Assembly: GCA_002269645.1 (NCBI GenBank) | Contig: NIVC01000202.1 | Span: forward strand, 372,001 to 436,000 | Reading direction: 5' to 3' | Length of the DNA: 64,000 bases | Source of the DNA: Macrostomum lignano | Lineage: Eukaryota | In this document: positions 1 through 13,280 of the stretch, in pieces | How the letters are laid out: every line of letters begins with the position of its first letter | Position numbering within the stretch: the stretch's first letter is position 1 | The notes under the pieces: model-generated | What the model was told of the DNA's origin: nothing | The model's input: only the letters and a program-made list of their open reading frames with translations | Database searches by the model: none | Program-made: the position numbers and the translations under genes

Positions 1-867
1 AAGAAGGAATTATGCTCTGTCATTTTGTACAGTGTTCGCTATATAGTTCGTTCTTCAGCATATCGATTAGCTCGTAGAAAAGTGCGCCAGTATAAGGGCA
101 TATATTATAAACAGTACGCAAATGCCTTCTGGCGACTGCAACGTAAAAGCAGTGCATTTCAGTCACCAGTTCAGCAACGCTTCGGCGACTCTAGAGGCGC
201 AAATTAGACTTATAAAAAATCAATTTGAAGCCTTTAAAACTCCGACAGAGCCACGCCCTGCCCTCGCGCACCACTCTACTTTTTGCATCCTCACGTGATC
301 TTCATTTTCTTTCTTCTGCTTTTTTAGTAGCACCCGCTGTACTGCGCCAGTTAATCTCATTAGCTAATAGCATCAAGGACTCATGCTAGCACCGCAGCAG
401 ATCTGTTTCCACATTTTCTGGGCTCAGACTCTGTGTAAGTCGAAGCCATAGGTGCAAATCCTATCCTATGTTTGCTATTCCATAGCTAATTTTATACTCA
501 AAAGCCCGGAATAGACGAGAGACAGACGGACGCAAACGAATATGACACTTCGTGGTGTCGTCTGTTATCGGTGTTGTTTTCAAAAGAAATTATCGACTGC
601 CCCCAAGCTACTGTCGAACCGAAAGATATTTCTGATTATTCGCACCGCTGTTCCTCAGACATTGCTTCATTTGAATTCGTAAAAATAATACTTGAATTCG
701 GACAGCTTGATGCTACGTCTTTTTGCTTTTTGCTTCTTTATTAATGCAATGGGGAGTAGCCGAATAGCAGTGGAACCCTGTGATTATGGTTATTTGTGAG
801 GGAGAGTGAACCATCTTGGCATTTGGATCATCAAACGATTCTTCAGTATAAGGAGAGTTACTAGGGA

Positions 868-1204
868 TGAGGAATCCTGTATTTCTAGAGGTGAGCGATA
901 CTGAATGTCTAAGGATGAGGTTTAATGAATGTCTAGGGGTGAGGGATCCTGAATGTCTAGGGGTGAGGGATCCTGAATGTCTAGGGGTGAGGGATCCTGA
1001 ATGTCTAGGGGTGAGGGATCCTGAATGTCTAGGGGTGAGGGATCCTGAATGTCTAGGGGTGAGGGATCCTGAATGTCTAGGGGTGAGGGATCCTGAATGT
1101 CTAGAGGTGAGGGATCCTGAGTGTCTAGGGGTGAGGGATCCTGAGTGTCTAGGGGTGAGGGATCCTGAGTGTCTAGGGGTGAGGGATCCTGAATGTCTAG
1201 GGGT
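868..1204. repeat. 24-bp minisatellite (GATCCTGAATGTCTAGGGGTGAGG), ~14 copies, left half of an array split by an RTE insertion
   Basis: Unit read directly; the ORF track shows the 8-aa period VRDPECLG. Confidence 0.95.
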
Positions 1205-2548
1205 AATTACATTACATTACATTACATTACAACGACGCTAGGGTCGGGGGGCGCGAGCACACGATTGCGGAAAAGAGGGGCAGGGCAGGTCGCAGCAGTC
1301 TGGGGGGGGGTCAGTCCAATTGCCTCCAGGTCGGCAACAAGTGTCTCTCGGAGCGTCTGGGTCCGCCCTTGGCCGAGGCGGAACCGTTCGGTCGGCGGGT
1401 GCAGAACGGCCAGTCCGAGCGGGTTGTCGTCGCCGCGGGCGAACCGCCGCAGGCAGTGTCCCAGCAGGGCCTGGCGACGCCGGCGGAGGGTGGTGCATGG
1501 CGCGCCAGGCCTGGGTCCTCCTGTCCACGATGACCGAATCTGGGCTCATCACGAGGGTGCCTAGGTACCGGAAGTCGCTGCACGTTGAGATGGCCTCGCC
1601 ATTGGGCAGGGTCAGCGGTGGGGCATTGTCAGCACCCACGTGTAGCACCTCCGTCTTGCCTGCGTTAATCTGCAGGCCGATCCGAGCGCCTTCCTCGGAG
1701 AGTCGAGTAAGAGCGTGCTGGGCTGCTACAGGGTCTCAGCACAGCAGCGCGATGTCATCAGCGTAGGCGAGGGCTGGGAGCGTCACGGCAGTGTGACGGG
1801 AGCTACGCTAAGGCGCGAGGACAAAGCTGTCGTCGTCTCGAAGGCAGCGGCGCAGGATGTAGTCAACAGCCAGAATGAAAAGCAGGGGAGATAGCGGGTC
1901 CCTTTGCAGCACCCCGGAAGTGGTGTCAAACTCGTCCGTAGAGCCATCGCTGGAGTCAACAAACGCCTTGGAGTTGTGGTTCAGGTCCGTAACTGCCGTC
2001 ACCAGGGTGTCGGGGACGCCGCACTGAGCCAGGAGCCAGGCTAAAGCCGTCCTGCTGACAGAGTCGAAGGCCTTCCGGAAGTCAACGAAGACGATAGACA
2101 CAGCTCGAAGACGAGTCTTGCAGGTTTCGACAATGCACCGAATGGCTACAATCTGCTCCGTGGTGGATCTGCCTGGCCTGAAGCCGCTTTGTAGCTCGAG
2201 CAGCAGCGAGTTCAGGACAGGAAGGAGACGATTGCGCAACACTGCGTTCAGCAGCTTCGGCAGCGTGCACTCCAGTGCGATGCCGCGTTGGTTGTCGAGG
2301 CTCGTGGAGGCGCCCTTCTTCGGAATGGAGACAATTCTTGAAGTACGCCAGAGGGGGGCGGCCGTGGCAGCTGGGTCGCCGCCGAGACAGCAGTACTTGT
2401 TCAGGATGCTAGTAATGCTGTCTGTAAGCTCTGGCAACTTCAGAACCCTGGGAGGCACTCGGTCGACTCCAGAGGCAGCGTCAGCGCGCATGCTCTTCAG
2501 CGCCTTGGTAACTTCCGCGGTGGAGATCGGGCCGGTGTAGAAGGATCC
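1205..2548 (-). mobile_element. 5'-truncated, decayed RTE-clade non-LTR retrotransposon (RT fragment)
   Basis: RT motifs IVSIPKKG, QSGFRPGRST, FVDFRKAFDSV, GVLQxDPLSPLLF, then YADD after an in-frame stop (~1760), FRYLGT, and an RTE-like C-terminus LRRRRQALLGHCLRR. 3' tail (TGTAA)n at ~1205-1229. Stops and frameshifts are present, with an apparent internal deletion after AWRAMH. Confidence 0.85.
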
Positions 2549-2710
2549 TGAATATCTAGAGGAAAGGGATCCTGTATGTTTTAAAGGTGAAGAGGGATCC
2601 TGTATGTCTAGGGGTGAGGGATCCTGAATGTCTAGAGGAGAGGGATCCTGTATGTCTAGGGGTGAGGGATCCTGAATGTCTAGAGGAGAGGGATCCTGTA
2701 TGTCTAGGGA
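2549..2710. repeat. Right half of the 24-bp minisatellite (alternating variant units)
   Basis: GATCCTGTATGTCTAGGGGTGAGG and GATCCTGAATGTCTAGAGGAGAGG units. Confidence 0.9.
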
Positions 2711-5148
2711 ATTTTTAGCTATAGAAAAGCATGATGAGAAAAATCATAAAAACTGGGACGTTACGAGCTAAAAGTACGAACTGCAAGCTAAAAGCATCTG
2801 AAAGTATTGGGTGAGATAGTTATCATGAACAAATGGTCGCTGGAGCTCTGGCTCTACATGCATGTTATGCGTTTCCCAACTGAACTCTAAACATTCTATC
2901 AGAAGAAATTCAATTCAAGCAGTCTCTAAATATACTTCGTCCATAACTCTCATTTGAGTAGCAACTGTGCCGGGAATTTTCAACTTTCATACGGCTTTGC
3001 AGAAATGAGAAGACACGCGAGGAAACCGTTGCGTCTCCCCAGTTGCATATCGCAGGTTGGAATGGCTCAACTCAAGTGGATGATTTCTGAGAAGCTTGCT
3101 CAGCCTTGCGAGCTGTCTGCCTTGATTTGTCACGCCTCTCTGTCGCCTAGAAAATTTCGATTTCTGCAATGGGCAGCACGCAGAAGAGGAGCTAGAGCTA
3201 TATAATTGCTGCTTCTGCAACACGGGAGAGAAGGCGTTGCGTGTTATCGTGTCCACTGGTCGTCATTTGCTTTTTTCTTCTGCTTTTAGTAGCACCGAGT
3301 CCTCATGATGAGTTGCCGTAGAGTTATAGAGTATAGAGACATCCCTAAGTTTGAGCGAATGGAATCACACTTTATTATACTACTCGTTAGTAAGCTAGTA
3401 GCAATTTGTGCATAAATCCTATTGTTCAAATCTACAAATAATTTACTTAAAATGAAAAAATTGAGTACAAAAGTATTTTGAACATAAAACCAGGAACAAC
3501 TAAAAACCTTTTCTAGCTGTCCCTGCCAGTACTATTTTAGGTTATGGTTAGTGACTGGTTAGTTTATAGTTGCTTTAGAAAATTACACAGAGACAACTCA
3601 ATTTTAGCACATAATTCAGCATTTATAGACATTTAACTTTTCGAAAGTGTATTTGAAAACAAAATGTGAAAGCGTTAATTAATTTCGGGGCATTTCGAGC
3701 TAAGCACGGGGCTTACAATATGAATAAAAAAAGTATACATAATGTACATTATTTATGATCCATTTCAATGAACAGTAATACGAATGAAAATTGTTATGCG
3801 CAAATCACAAAGCAATGATTGTATAAAAATATTGAGTGAGTTAGCAAAACAGCGTAACCGTTTTAACAATTGACAAAAAATACGTATAGCAATTTACGCT
3901 CGTATATTTATATCGTCAATGCATTTCTAATGTATAGGGTTTTTGTATATTAGCTACAAGTACACGAACAGGAAGAGAAACTATATTCGCTGCTGTTATA
4001 ATGTTTGCAACACTATATACATCGTATAACTATTAGTAAATATGTTCTTTAAACGTGTATAAGACAGACTACCAGCTCTTTAGCTAGCTTTTGTTTAACC
4101 ATAAAAATGTACTATTATATAGAAAAAATATCAAATAAACTTTAAAGCTTTTAATTCTCATAAGATTGAAAGAGTTAATAATAAATCGCTACAATTTGAT
4201 ATGATTACATAGCCACCAGCAAAACCACTAAAATGCTCTAATTTGGTGGTTAATTCAGGTGTATTACCTAAAGCAGTCCTAGTAAACAATCGTTGAATAA
4301 ATCACATTATATTATAAAAACCAATAATTATTTTTGGACTAAATAAACAAATAGTAATTAAATAATTTGTGCATTCATAATTAACACAATTATTTTTAAA
4401 TATGAATTAAACAGAAAACTACTAATCTATTAAACAATAATATTGTAAACAAAATTTTAATTAATTTTTAAATCTAGATAAATTAGTTGATTTAACTTTC
4501 ACGTCACACTCTGATAGCTAAGTAATAGGTTTGCCAATAGTAATGTTCGCTAGTATGTGATAAATACGAACTTAAAACCAAAATTAATTTGAGAATACTG
4601 CTGAATTAGATAAATTTTGAATGGCAATATGGCTAGCACGTGTTAATAAGCGAGCGAAAGCAATTTTATTTTGTCACAAGAAAGAACATCTGGCAGCTAA
4701 GATTATCAATTAGTTGTAGCAACAAGTAAACAACAAATACAAAATATTAAAACGAACTTTTTTGTGCGAAGAGATAAAAATAACTCGCGAGTTCATCCCA
4801 TGGTAGAGCTTTAAAATTTTTTTGTTTGTTCCTTTGTTACATATAAATTTCGAACTACTACTTTGAAATCTTTAAAGCTTTTTAAATTCTTGTATATAAA
4901 CCAGTTAGTCAAATTTCCATTCTTAAAATTCAATGAAAGTAATATTTTTATAGCTTATGTATGAAGACTATGATACAAAACCCTTGCTTCAAAAACTTTA
5001 AAAGCTGCATCCAAACAATGGCCGCCACATTCGGTACATACTACTTATAGAGCACCGCGATTTGTGCAAAATTACTGTTGAAAAATGTTGGAAACAAAGT
5101 TGACTTACAGTACGCATATGATTTGATTTGATTTGATTTTTTATGAAA

Positions 5149-5546
5149 TCAGTCTATTGGCGAATCTATCGGGTGCAACCGGTGCAGGTTGAGGCTGCTC
5201 GGGTTGAGGTCCGGAGTCAGGTCGTGCGAACTCGCCTCGCTGCCGTCCTCTGCCTGATCTTCGCCGTAGTCCATCGACGACGAGTCGCGATAGTTGGCGA
5301 CCGCCGCCGCCCCCGCCGCTGATTCTGTTGAAGGCGACATTGATCTCTGCACTTTGGCGGAGGCGGCGACAGCGGCAGCGTCATTGGAGCGCGGACGTCC
5401 CAAGCTGGTGACGCCGACAACGACGCCGCCGCCTGAAGTCCCGCGGGCCTGCTTCTCAATGACGCGTCTGGCCTGCACGCAGACGTCCGTGCAGCAGAGA
5501 TTAATTTTGGCCGACTTCAGCTTCGGATATCGGTGCTGGATGTAGT
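5149..5546 (-). CDS. BEN-domain protein, last coding exon (C-terminal part of the BEN domain plus a low-complexity tail)
   Basis: Acceptor cctaccag|AC TAC ATC CAG, phase 1, matches the upstream donor. Reads DYIQHRYPKLKSAKINLCCTDVCVQARR... to TGA at 5151-5149. Confidence 0.75.
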
Positions 5547-5937
5547 CTGGTAGGCGCAGCGGGTGGTGGCGGAGAGGTCTTATTATTAGTTTTTGCAGCG
5601 CTTGCCTAAACTACTAGAGAAGTACGAAATTTACGACATTAGTGTTATAATTCTTGTTTTTGAATTGTTTTCGGGGGAATGTATATAAAAATATTTTTTT
5701 TAGGAAATGAAGCATCTACTTCTATAGTAGTCACTGCGCTTAATGAATTGTTGCGTCAAATGCGTTAGCGAGACAGGAAGTTTTCTATAAGTTTTAGCCT
5801 TAAATAGCTCCAAGAGAATGCCTCATCTTTTGGACTTTTGCATTAGAAATCCGGCAAAGCATACTTATATTTTAGTATTTGTACTTTCAGTGTCTGTCCA
5901 CGCAGCTCAATTTACCGGTACCGACTGGGTCTGCCTT

Positions 5938-6233
5938 GGTATTTTCAAGGACTACTGAAGTAGAACAACGGGAAACTACGTTTTTGGTATTTTCAAGGAC
6001 TACTGAAGTAGAACAACGGGAAACTACGTTTTTGGTATTTTCAAGGACTACTGAAGTAGAACAACGGGAAACTACGTTTTTGGTATTTTCAAGGACTACT
6101 GAAGTAGAACAACGGGAAACTACGTTTTTGGTATTTTCAAGGACTACTGAAGTAGAACAACGGGAAACTACGTTTCTTGGTATTTTCAAGGACTACTGAA
6201 GTAGAACAACGGGAAACTACGTTTTTGGTATTT
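5938..6233. repeat. 48-bp minisatellite, ~6 copies, with an inverted copy at ~6431-6476
   Basis: Unit GGTATTTTCAAGGACTACTGAAGTAGAACAACGGGAAACTACGTTTTT; 16-aa periodic ORFs on both strands. Confidence 0.95.
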
Positions 6234-6594
6234 TTACCGAAAAAATACATTAGAATCCTAATTTTCTAAACAAAAAGCTCTACCTATGTCAGTAGGGCTA
6301 AGGCAATTCATAGCAAAAGATGAGTATTGGGTCCGTCTGATATCAAAAGAAATGACAATTTTTATGCTGAAAAAATAAACACCTCGACGCTTTGTAATGC
6401 ATTGTTTGGGTAGCCTATTAAACTTTTCCAAGGAAACGTAGTTTCTCGTTGTTCTACTTGAGTAGTCCTTGAGTATTCTTACTATAGAATAATTAAATAA
6501 ACTTTATAATGCAAGGTCCAAAAATAGTGCATCACAAGCTACTTAGTCAGTAGTGCATTTTGAATTTGCTACAGTAACCTCTAAAAGAACTTAC

Positions 6595-6808
6595 CTCGGA
6601 TTCCCATGGTGAGATTCTCATCCAGCACCTCCTTGTACTGGCCGTTGCCAGTTAGCGAAGATTTGGCCAGCGTGCCCTGGGAGAAGAAGTGCTTCATTAG
6701 GATGCGCAGATGTCGAGTTGCGCTGCCGGATGCGCGACTAATGGACTCTTGATAGTCGGCCAGGGTCATGCTTACTGCCGGGTGCGCGTCCGAGAGGATC
6801 ACGAACTT
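6595..6808 (-). CDS. BEN-domain protein, middle coding exon (BEN core)
   Basis: Acceptor ccaatgcag|AAG (phase 0) and donor CGA G|gtaagt (phase 1). Sequence ATRHLRILMKHFFSQGTLAKSSLTGNGQYKEVLDENLTMGIR fits the BEN pattern (helix..FF..L...SLTG....LD....I), recognised by eye. Confidence 0.75.
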
Positions 6809-6904
6809 CTGCATTGGGGATAATCGGGTAGGTTGAGGATCTTGTGCCAGCAGGTGTCAAAACTTTGAAAACAAAGAGTTAGCGAGCGCCGAAGTCAAAG
6901 GTAA

Positions 6905-7197
6905 GGTGCGCCAAAATGAGATTTGATGGGGCGACAAAATGAGATTTGATGGGGCGACAAAATGAAATTTGATGGGGTGACAAAATGAGATTTGATGGGG
7001 CGACAAAATGAGATTTGATGGGGCGACAAAATGAGATTTGATGGGGCGACAAAATGGGATTTGATGGGGCGACAAAATGGGATTTGATGGGGCGACAAAA
7101 TGAGATTTGATGGGGCGACAAAATGAGATTTGATGGGGCGACAAAATGGGATTTGATGGGGCGACAAAATGGGATTTGATGGGGCGACAAAATGGGA
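6905..7197. repeat. 23-bp minisatellite (GCGACAAAATGAGATTTGATGGG), ~13 copies
   Basis: Direct reading; period 23. Confidence 0.95.
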
Positions 7198-7714
7198 GTT
7201 GAGGGTACTAAAATGAGTACGTACTCCTACGATAGCACGATTTTAAGTAGTGAATGAAGTTTCTTAATGATAAATTGATGTCAGGATTTTTATGAACTCC
7301 TCGGTTATCTAATCAACGCTAAATAGGGTGTTTCCATCGTAATTAGTTTTTCGTGGGAATACATGAGTTCTGAAATTTTTAGTTAGATTTTTATGAGCTC
7401 TTTCTGAAATGAGGGAAAATTAAGACTGTTTGCTGGGCCATCTCCTAGCTGTGGTATGCTGTTTTGCAGCCGGGGTCTATTGGGATCTTTTTCCCACGAA
7501 AATGTGATCCATTTTATACCGTAGTTTCAAATTCATTGCAAGACACGCACGCACATGCTTTACTTCTTTATATAAGGCAGACACACGAAATACGGAAGAT
7601 TGATTTCCGTAATTTTATGTTTAGCTATCTGTTAACTACAGATAGCTAAATAGCTGGCTTAATTTCACACATCTCAATCTCTGTCTCATTCCACCTGCCT
7701 AATCATCTTCCTAT

Positions 7715-8452
7715 ATCACCTTTTCACTGTCTCCCTGTCTCACCCTCTCCCTGTCTCACGCTATCCTTGTCTAACTCTCCCTGTCTCACCCTCTACCTGT
7801 CTCACCCTCTCCCTGTCTCACCCCCTCCCTGTCTCACGCTATCCTTGTCTAACTCTCCCTGTCTCACCCTCTACCTGTCTCACCCCCTCCCTGTCTCACC
7901 CTCTCCCTGTCTCACGCTATCCTTGTCTAACTCTCCCTGTCTCACCCTCTACCTGTCTCACCCCCTCCCTGTCTCACCCTCTCCCTGTCTCACGCTATCC
8001 TTGTCTAACTCTCCCTGTCTCACCCTCTACCTGTCTCACCCCCTCCCTGTCTCACCCTCTCCCTGTCTCACGCTATCCTTGTCTAACTCTCCCTGTCTCA
8101 CCCTCTACCTGTCTCACCTCCTCCCTGTCTCACGCTATCCTTGTCTAACCCCTCCCTGTCTCACGCTCTCCTTGTCTAACTCTCCCTGTCTCACCCTCTA
8201 CCTGTCTCACCCCCTCCCTGTCTCACCCTCTACCTGTCTCACGCTCTCCTTGTCTAACTCTCCCTGTCTCACCCTCTACCTGTCTCACCCCCTCCCTGTC
8301 TCACCCTCTACCTGTCTCACGCTCTCCTTGTCTCACCCCCTCCCTGTCTCACCCTCTACCTGTCTCACGCTATCCTTGTCTAACTCTCCCTGTCTCACGC
8401 TATCCTTGTCTAACTCTCCCTGTCTCACCCTCTACCTGTCTCACGCTCTCCC
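7715..8452. repeat. Pyrimidine-rich compound minisatellite (CCCTGTCTCACCCTCT-type subunits with a longer repeating block)
   Basis: Direct reading; the periodic ORF 7767-8516 is a by-product. Confidence 0.9.
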
Positions 8453-10224
8453 AAGCTGCAGCATGCCTACGCCAATTCCTCAGACCCCAAGTCACCGCAG
8501 GTTAATCGGTAGTTAGTTTTCGCCACAGCAACAACAAAATACTAACTCTGCAGATTGCGTTAACTCGGCCGAGAGGCAGCCGGCCCCACTGCCCACCAGG
8601 CCAGTTTATTGACTCTATGCGAAAGTTCTACGCTGGAATCTTCGGCTAGCCACGCGAATTCAAAGTTCCTCACTGTGAAGTGCCCCCCGGAGGCCTGCGG
8701 GTGGTCGCACCAGCAGGCAGGCCAGTTTTCGCTAGACTTTCTCTGCTTCATACCCTCACCTTAACCCGATCCCAAAACTGAACCTTTAAGCCAAACTTGC
8801 GCCCCACTCCCCTAAGGCCCCTCATCCTTTGGAGGAGTCTCCGCTAGTCTCGTCAACCGTCACGATGGCAAAACAATAAACTGGCCCGCTAGCCCGCCTG
8901 GCCGGTGGCACACATGCGTGCGAATCTGCATCATAGAAGCATGCGGCTTCTGTTTGTTCGCCAGATTCTGCAGAATCCGTCTTTATCTCTTCGTCTGTCT
9001 GTCCGTCCGTTCCTCTCTCTCTCTATCTCTAACTTGCTTTCATTTCGATAAAGAGTCCCAACCCTGTGGAACTGCAAAGAGATAAAGAAATGTTTTCGTT
9101 AGAAACAAAAAAAAACGCTCAATTGGTCATTTTGGTCTATAGTGGCTCTGGCTCGATACGGACCATGGTCAACTGAAGTAGAAGGACGCTTACACTCGAA
9201 TTTCTTAAGAGATGAGCTGTAAGCCGTCAAGGCGTATTTGTCGTCTCGCCAGTGCATTCAGTACATGGAGGAAAGAAAAAAATGGAGTGCTAATCTGACT
9301 GAGTTATTTTTGTTTTGCTCCTTTTCGACTTTTGGCATCATGGTACCCCCCATTCCATTCTATTGGCTGTTGAGTGCCAATATCTAGAAGTCCTAACTAG
9401 TACTTTTTTTAAATTGACTGGCTTGTTTATCGACCTTTTCTAGAGTGAGAGATCCTCCCGTGTTTTGGAGGAAGTGTTGCTTACCCTCGTACACACTGTA
9501 GATTCGAGTTCAAGACTGAGTCGTTGGATCAGGTTACACATTTTAGACAAACCCGAACTTCTTTAACCATTTTCCCATGGCAGTAGTTGTTTTCCCAAAC
9601 CATGGTGTTTTTGGTATCCATGGAGGAATTGGTATATATTATCAATAATTGCAATCGTTGCATTTTAACCGATGCAAATTTTGGGAGAACAACCGTTGCA
9701 GGCAGCATGACAGGCCCATCCACCTGCATAAAGTTTGTCACCCTAGCAACACGGGAAGGCTCCCCCCCTCCCGAGCTGCCACATGATACTCGAGAGAGGG
9801 TCAAAACTGTTTGAGGGCATAAAAAATGGCTGCGCAAAGCAAGTGGAAAGCTGGCTGGCTGATTTATTGGCTATTTTCAGTGCAGCAGCCAACTTGCAAA
9901 AATAAGGCATCCGGAAATGGGAGCAGCTTTTGCACAGCAATTGTTATCGAGCGCCTCTATCTGTGCCGAAGGCTTCTTGACCATCAAAGCGCATTCTTAG
10001 CCAGCTTATAAATGCCATACAGTTTCTTTTTTTAGGTTCGGTGCGAGCATTTTGTAAACAATTTGCGATTTCGTTTGACGCTGTTCGAGCGAGAGACTTG
10101 CAAACGGAACTTCAGAGACACTGCAGGTTGGGGATGTAAAACCTTCTGAAATGGATTCTTACGCTGAAATTCACTTATTTGTCTGTCTACCTGCCCCTAC
10201 GTCTCTATCTCTCTACACCGTCTC

Positions 10225-10257
<33 letters not shown>

Positions 10258-12199
10258 CTTACCTATCTTTCCTTTATCTGTCTCCCATTCTCCCTTCATA
10301 GTCTCTGATCTGGAGATCTGGCCATTCACAACTTCCCATCCAAGCTAGCAATCCAACAGCCCTGCAGTTCTAATAATTGGCGCCGCCTTCCGTTCGATTG
10401 AAAATCCAAGAGCCAGCCGAACGAATACTGCCCTCTTTTTGTTATTTCAGGCACATTGCAATAAAACTGGGAAATTATAATTTGCGGGATTGAGTTTTGA
10501 ATAAGATAAGTTCAAGGAAATGCGGCTCAGTGTACACAGCGGGAGATCGGGGAGGTCGCGGATGACAGGGACGGAGAGGCACAGCACAGGTGAGGTCTGC
10601 GCGATCCGGTAATGCAAAAACTGCAACAAGTGCCCTCTCCACCAGTAAGCCTAGGGTTTTATTAGAACCCTAAGGGCTCCAAAAATCCTGAAGTTTCGGG
10701 GTCCCTTGGGATCTTTATCACTTCTCTTTGGTCTTTGTGACTGGACAGTACATGAACATAACTGAAGTCGCACGCGCGGCTCTCGAGTCTGTTATAACAA
10801 AAAATAAGCCACTAGAACAGCGCCAAGCGTCCAGCAGCCCCTTATTGTCCATCTATTCCTCCTCCCTGACAGGCTTGGGACAGGTGGTGGCCGCCCCTTC
10901 CTCCGGCCGCTGCCACTCGTGTGTTTACACCGTTTACACGGCCCACGGGAGCACGGAGGCTTGACAAGTGGATGGGGGAGGCTTGATGCGGAGCTGGCTA
11001 AAAAACCCCGGTGAAATGAAGGGCCGGAGAGGCACCAAGCCAGTTCAGTTGTGCGCAGGAGAAACTGAGGAATGGGGAGGAAGCTGATGCTATAATAAAC
11101 AATGCCGCAGCTATTTTGGACAGGGGTGGGACACGAAAACATGGGAGTTAGTGGGCACACTTGGGCCATTTCCAATAGTCATCTTTGCCTTAATGGTCAT
11201 GAGTCTATCACTTGTAAATATCGATTCTTCAGCTAGACGCCATGTCTTGCCTTAATTCTAAAACTTGTTTAAGCAAGTTCAGCTCGAATAATTGTCGAAT
11301 AAAAATCGGCAAAATTGGTGTTCCAGCGTGGGGCTTCGGTATTATTCGCTGCGGGAGGGCAAGACAGTGGGGTAAACCGCGACTTGGCCTACAAATCGGA
11401 CGAAGAGCTTTGCTGCTTCCGTGCGAGCCATAAAAACAGGGGCTGGAGCGGATGAACTATCGGCGCAGTGACAGCGGAGCTGCTAAGTAACATAACCGTG
11501 TAGCAAGTGCAGCTTACATTGAAAACCCCCCCCTTCCCAGATCCCGTGCGCAGTTAAGAGTGTTGCACCGGCTCCAATGCACTCACTCCCCGGGGCAATT
11601 CATTAAATAACAAAACACACAGGCGTTTGTTCATCAATCAACAATGGAATGGAATTATTGAATAAGGATTCTTCAATACATGGAGGCGGGTGGGTCGGGT
11701 TAGGCATCTGCTATACAGGCAGTGGTTGCCATTGGTAACAATCCAATATTCAATGTTGTTTGTCTGTTCAAAGCTGGGCTTTGAGACCCAACACAAGCGC
11801 TCAGCCCCTCAGCTGCTCAGCCACTTTAGTCTGCACCTGTTTTCTTCTCTCTATAGCTGGCGCCGTGCCCTGTCTTGCCATTCTGCTGATGTGCCCCATC
11901 TCTCTCCAGGTTTGGCTACAAATCTGAATGCGGCCTTATTGCAGAGTTCCTGTACGGGAGGCCATCTCTGCCTGCCTCTCTTGTCTTCTCTCTGCTCTAC
12001 GCCAAACTGTAACAATTATTTATGGAGTCGCCTTTCAATTGCTTTATCCTGCTAAGAAGAAATCATCTGCAAAAAAACAATTTCCAACGCAGATTAGGGT
12101 CTGCATGGAAAAATGTTGCAATTGATGTAGGAATGATTGCCTGCGAGAGATTGAGGGGAACTGAGGATTGGGGAGAAATAGCTCAAGGAGGATAGGGAA

Positions 12200-13280
12200 A
12201 GAGATAATAGAGGGAAGGGGTGGGAGAGAGGGTGAAAGATGGTAAAAGAGAGGGTGGGGGAAAGGGTGGGAGATAGGGTGGGAGAGGGTGGGAGATGGTG
12301 GGAGAGAGGGTGGTAGAGGGTGGGAGAGAGGGTGAGAGAGGGTGGGAGAGAGGGTGAGAGAGGGTGGGAGAGGGTGAAAGAGAGGGTGAGAGAGGGTGGG
12401 AGAGGGTGGGAGAGAGGGTGAGAGTGGGAGAGGGTGGGAGAGAGGGTGGGAGTGGGAGAGGGTGGGAGAGAGGGTGAGAGAGGGTGAGAGTGGGTGAAAG
12501 AGAGGGTGAGAGAGGGTGGGAGAGGGTGGGAGAGAGGGTGAGAGAGGGTGGGAGAGGGTGAAAGAGAGGGTGAGAGAGGGTGGGAGAGGGTGGGAGAGAG
12601 GGTGAGAGTGGGAGAGGGTGGGAGAGAGGGTGGGAGTGGGAGAGGGTGGGAGAGGGTGGGAGAGAGGGGGAGTGGGAGAGAGTGGGAGAGGGTGGGAGAG
12701 AGGGTGGGAGTGGGAGAGGGTGGGAGAGGGTGGGAGAGAGGGTGGGAGTGGGAGAGGGTGGGAGAGAGGGTGAGAGAGGGTGAGAGTGGGTGAAAGAGAG
12801 GGTGAGAGAGGGTGGGAGAGGGTGGGAGAGAGGGTGAGAGAGGGTGGGAGAGGGTGGGAGAGGGTGGGAGAGAGGGTGAGAGTGGGAGAGGGTGGGAGAG
12901 AGGGTGGGAGTGGGAGAGGGTGGGAGTGGGAGAGGGTGGGAGAGGGTGGGAGAGAGGGTGGGAGTGGGAGAGGGTGGGAGAGAGGGTGAGAGAGGGTGAG
13001 AGTGGGTGGGAGAGGGTGTGAGAGGGTGGGAGAGAGGGTGGGAGTGGGAGAGGGTGGGAGAGAGGGTGGGAGTGGGAGAGGGTGGGAGAGGGTGAGAGAG
13101 GGTGAGAGTGGGTGGGAGAGGGTGTGAGAGGGTGGGAGAGAGGGTGGGAGTGGGAGAGGGTGGGAGAGAGGGTGGGAGTGGGAGAGGGGGGAGAGGGTGA
13201 GAGAGGGTGAGAGTGGGTGGGAGAGGGTGTGAGAGGGTGGGAGAGAGGGTGGGAGTGGGAGAGGGGGGAGAGAGGGTGAG
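12200..13280. repeat. Purine-rich (GGGAGAGGGT)n-like low-complexity array with G-quadruplex-capable runs
   Basis: Continuous GGG runs separated by 1-3 nt linkers over ~1.1 kb. Confidence 0.95.

Noticed and set aside
9529-9837. 102-aa ORF in BEN intron 1 as a possible transposase remnant or extra exon
   Set aside because: No recognisable motif, and the BEN exons already join in phase without it.
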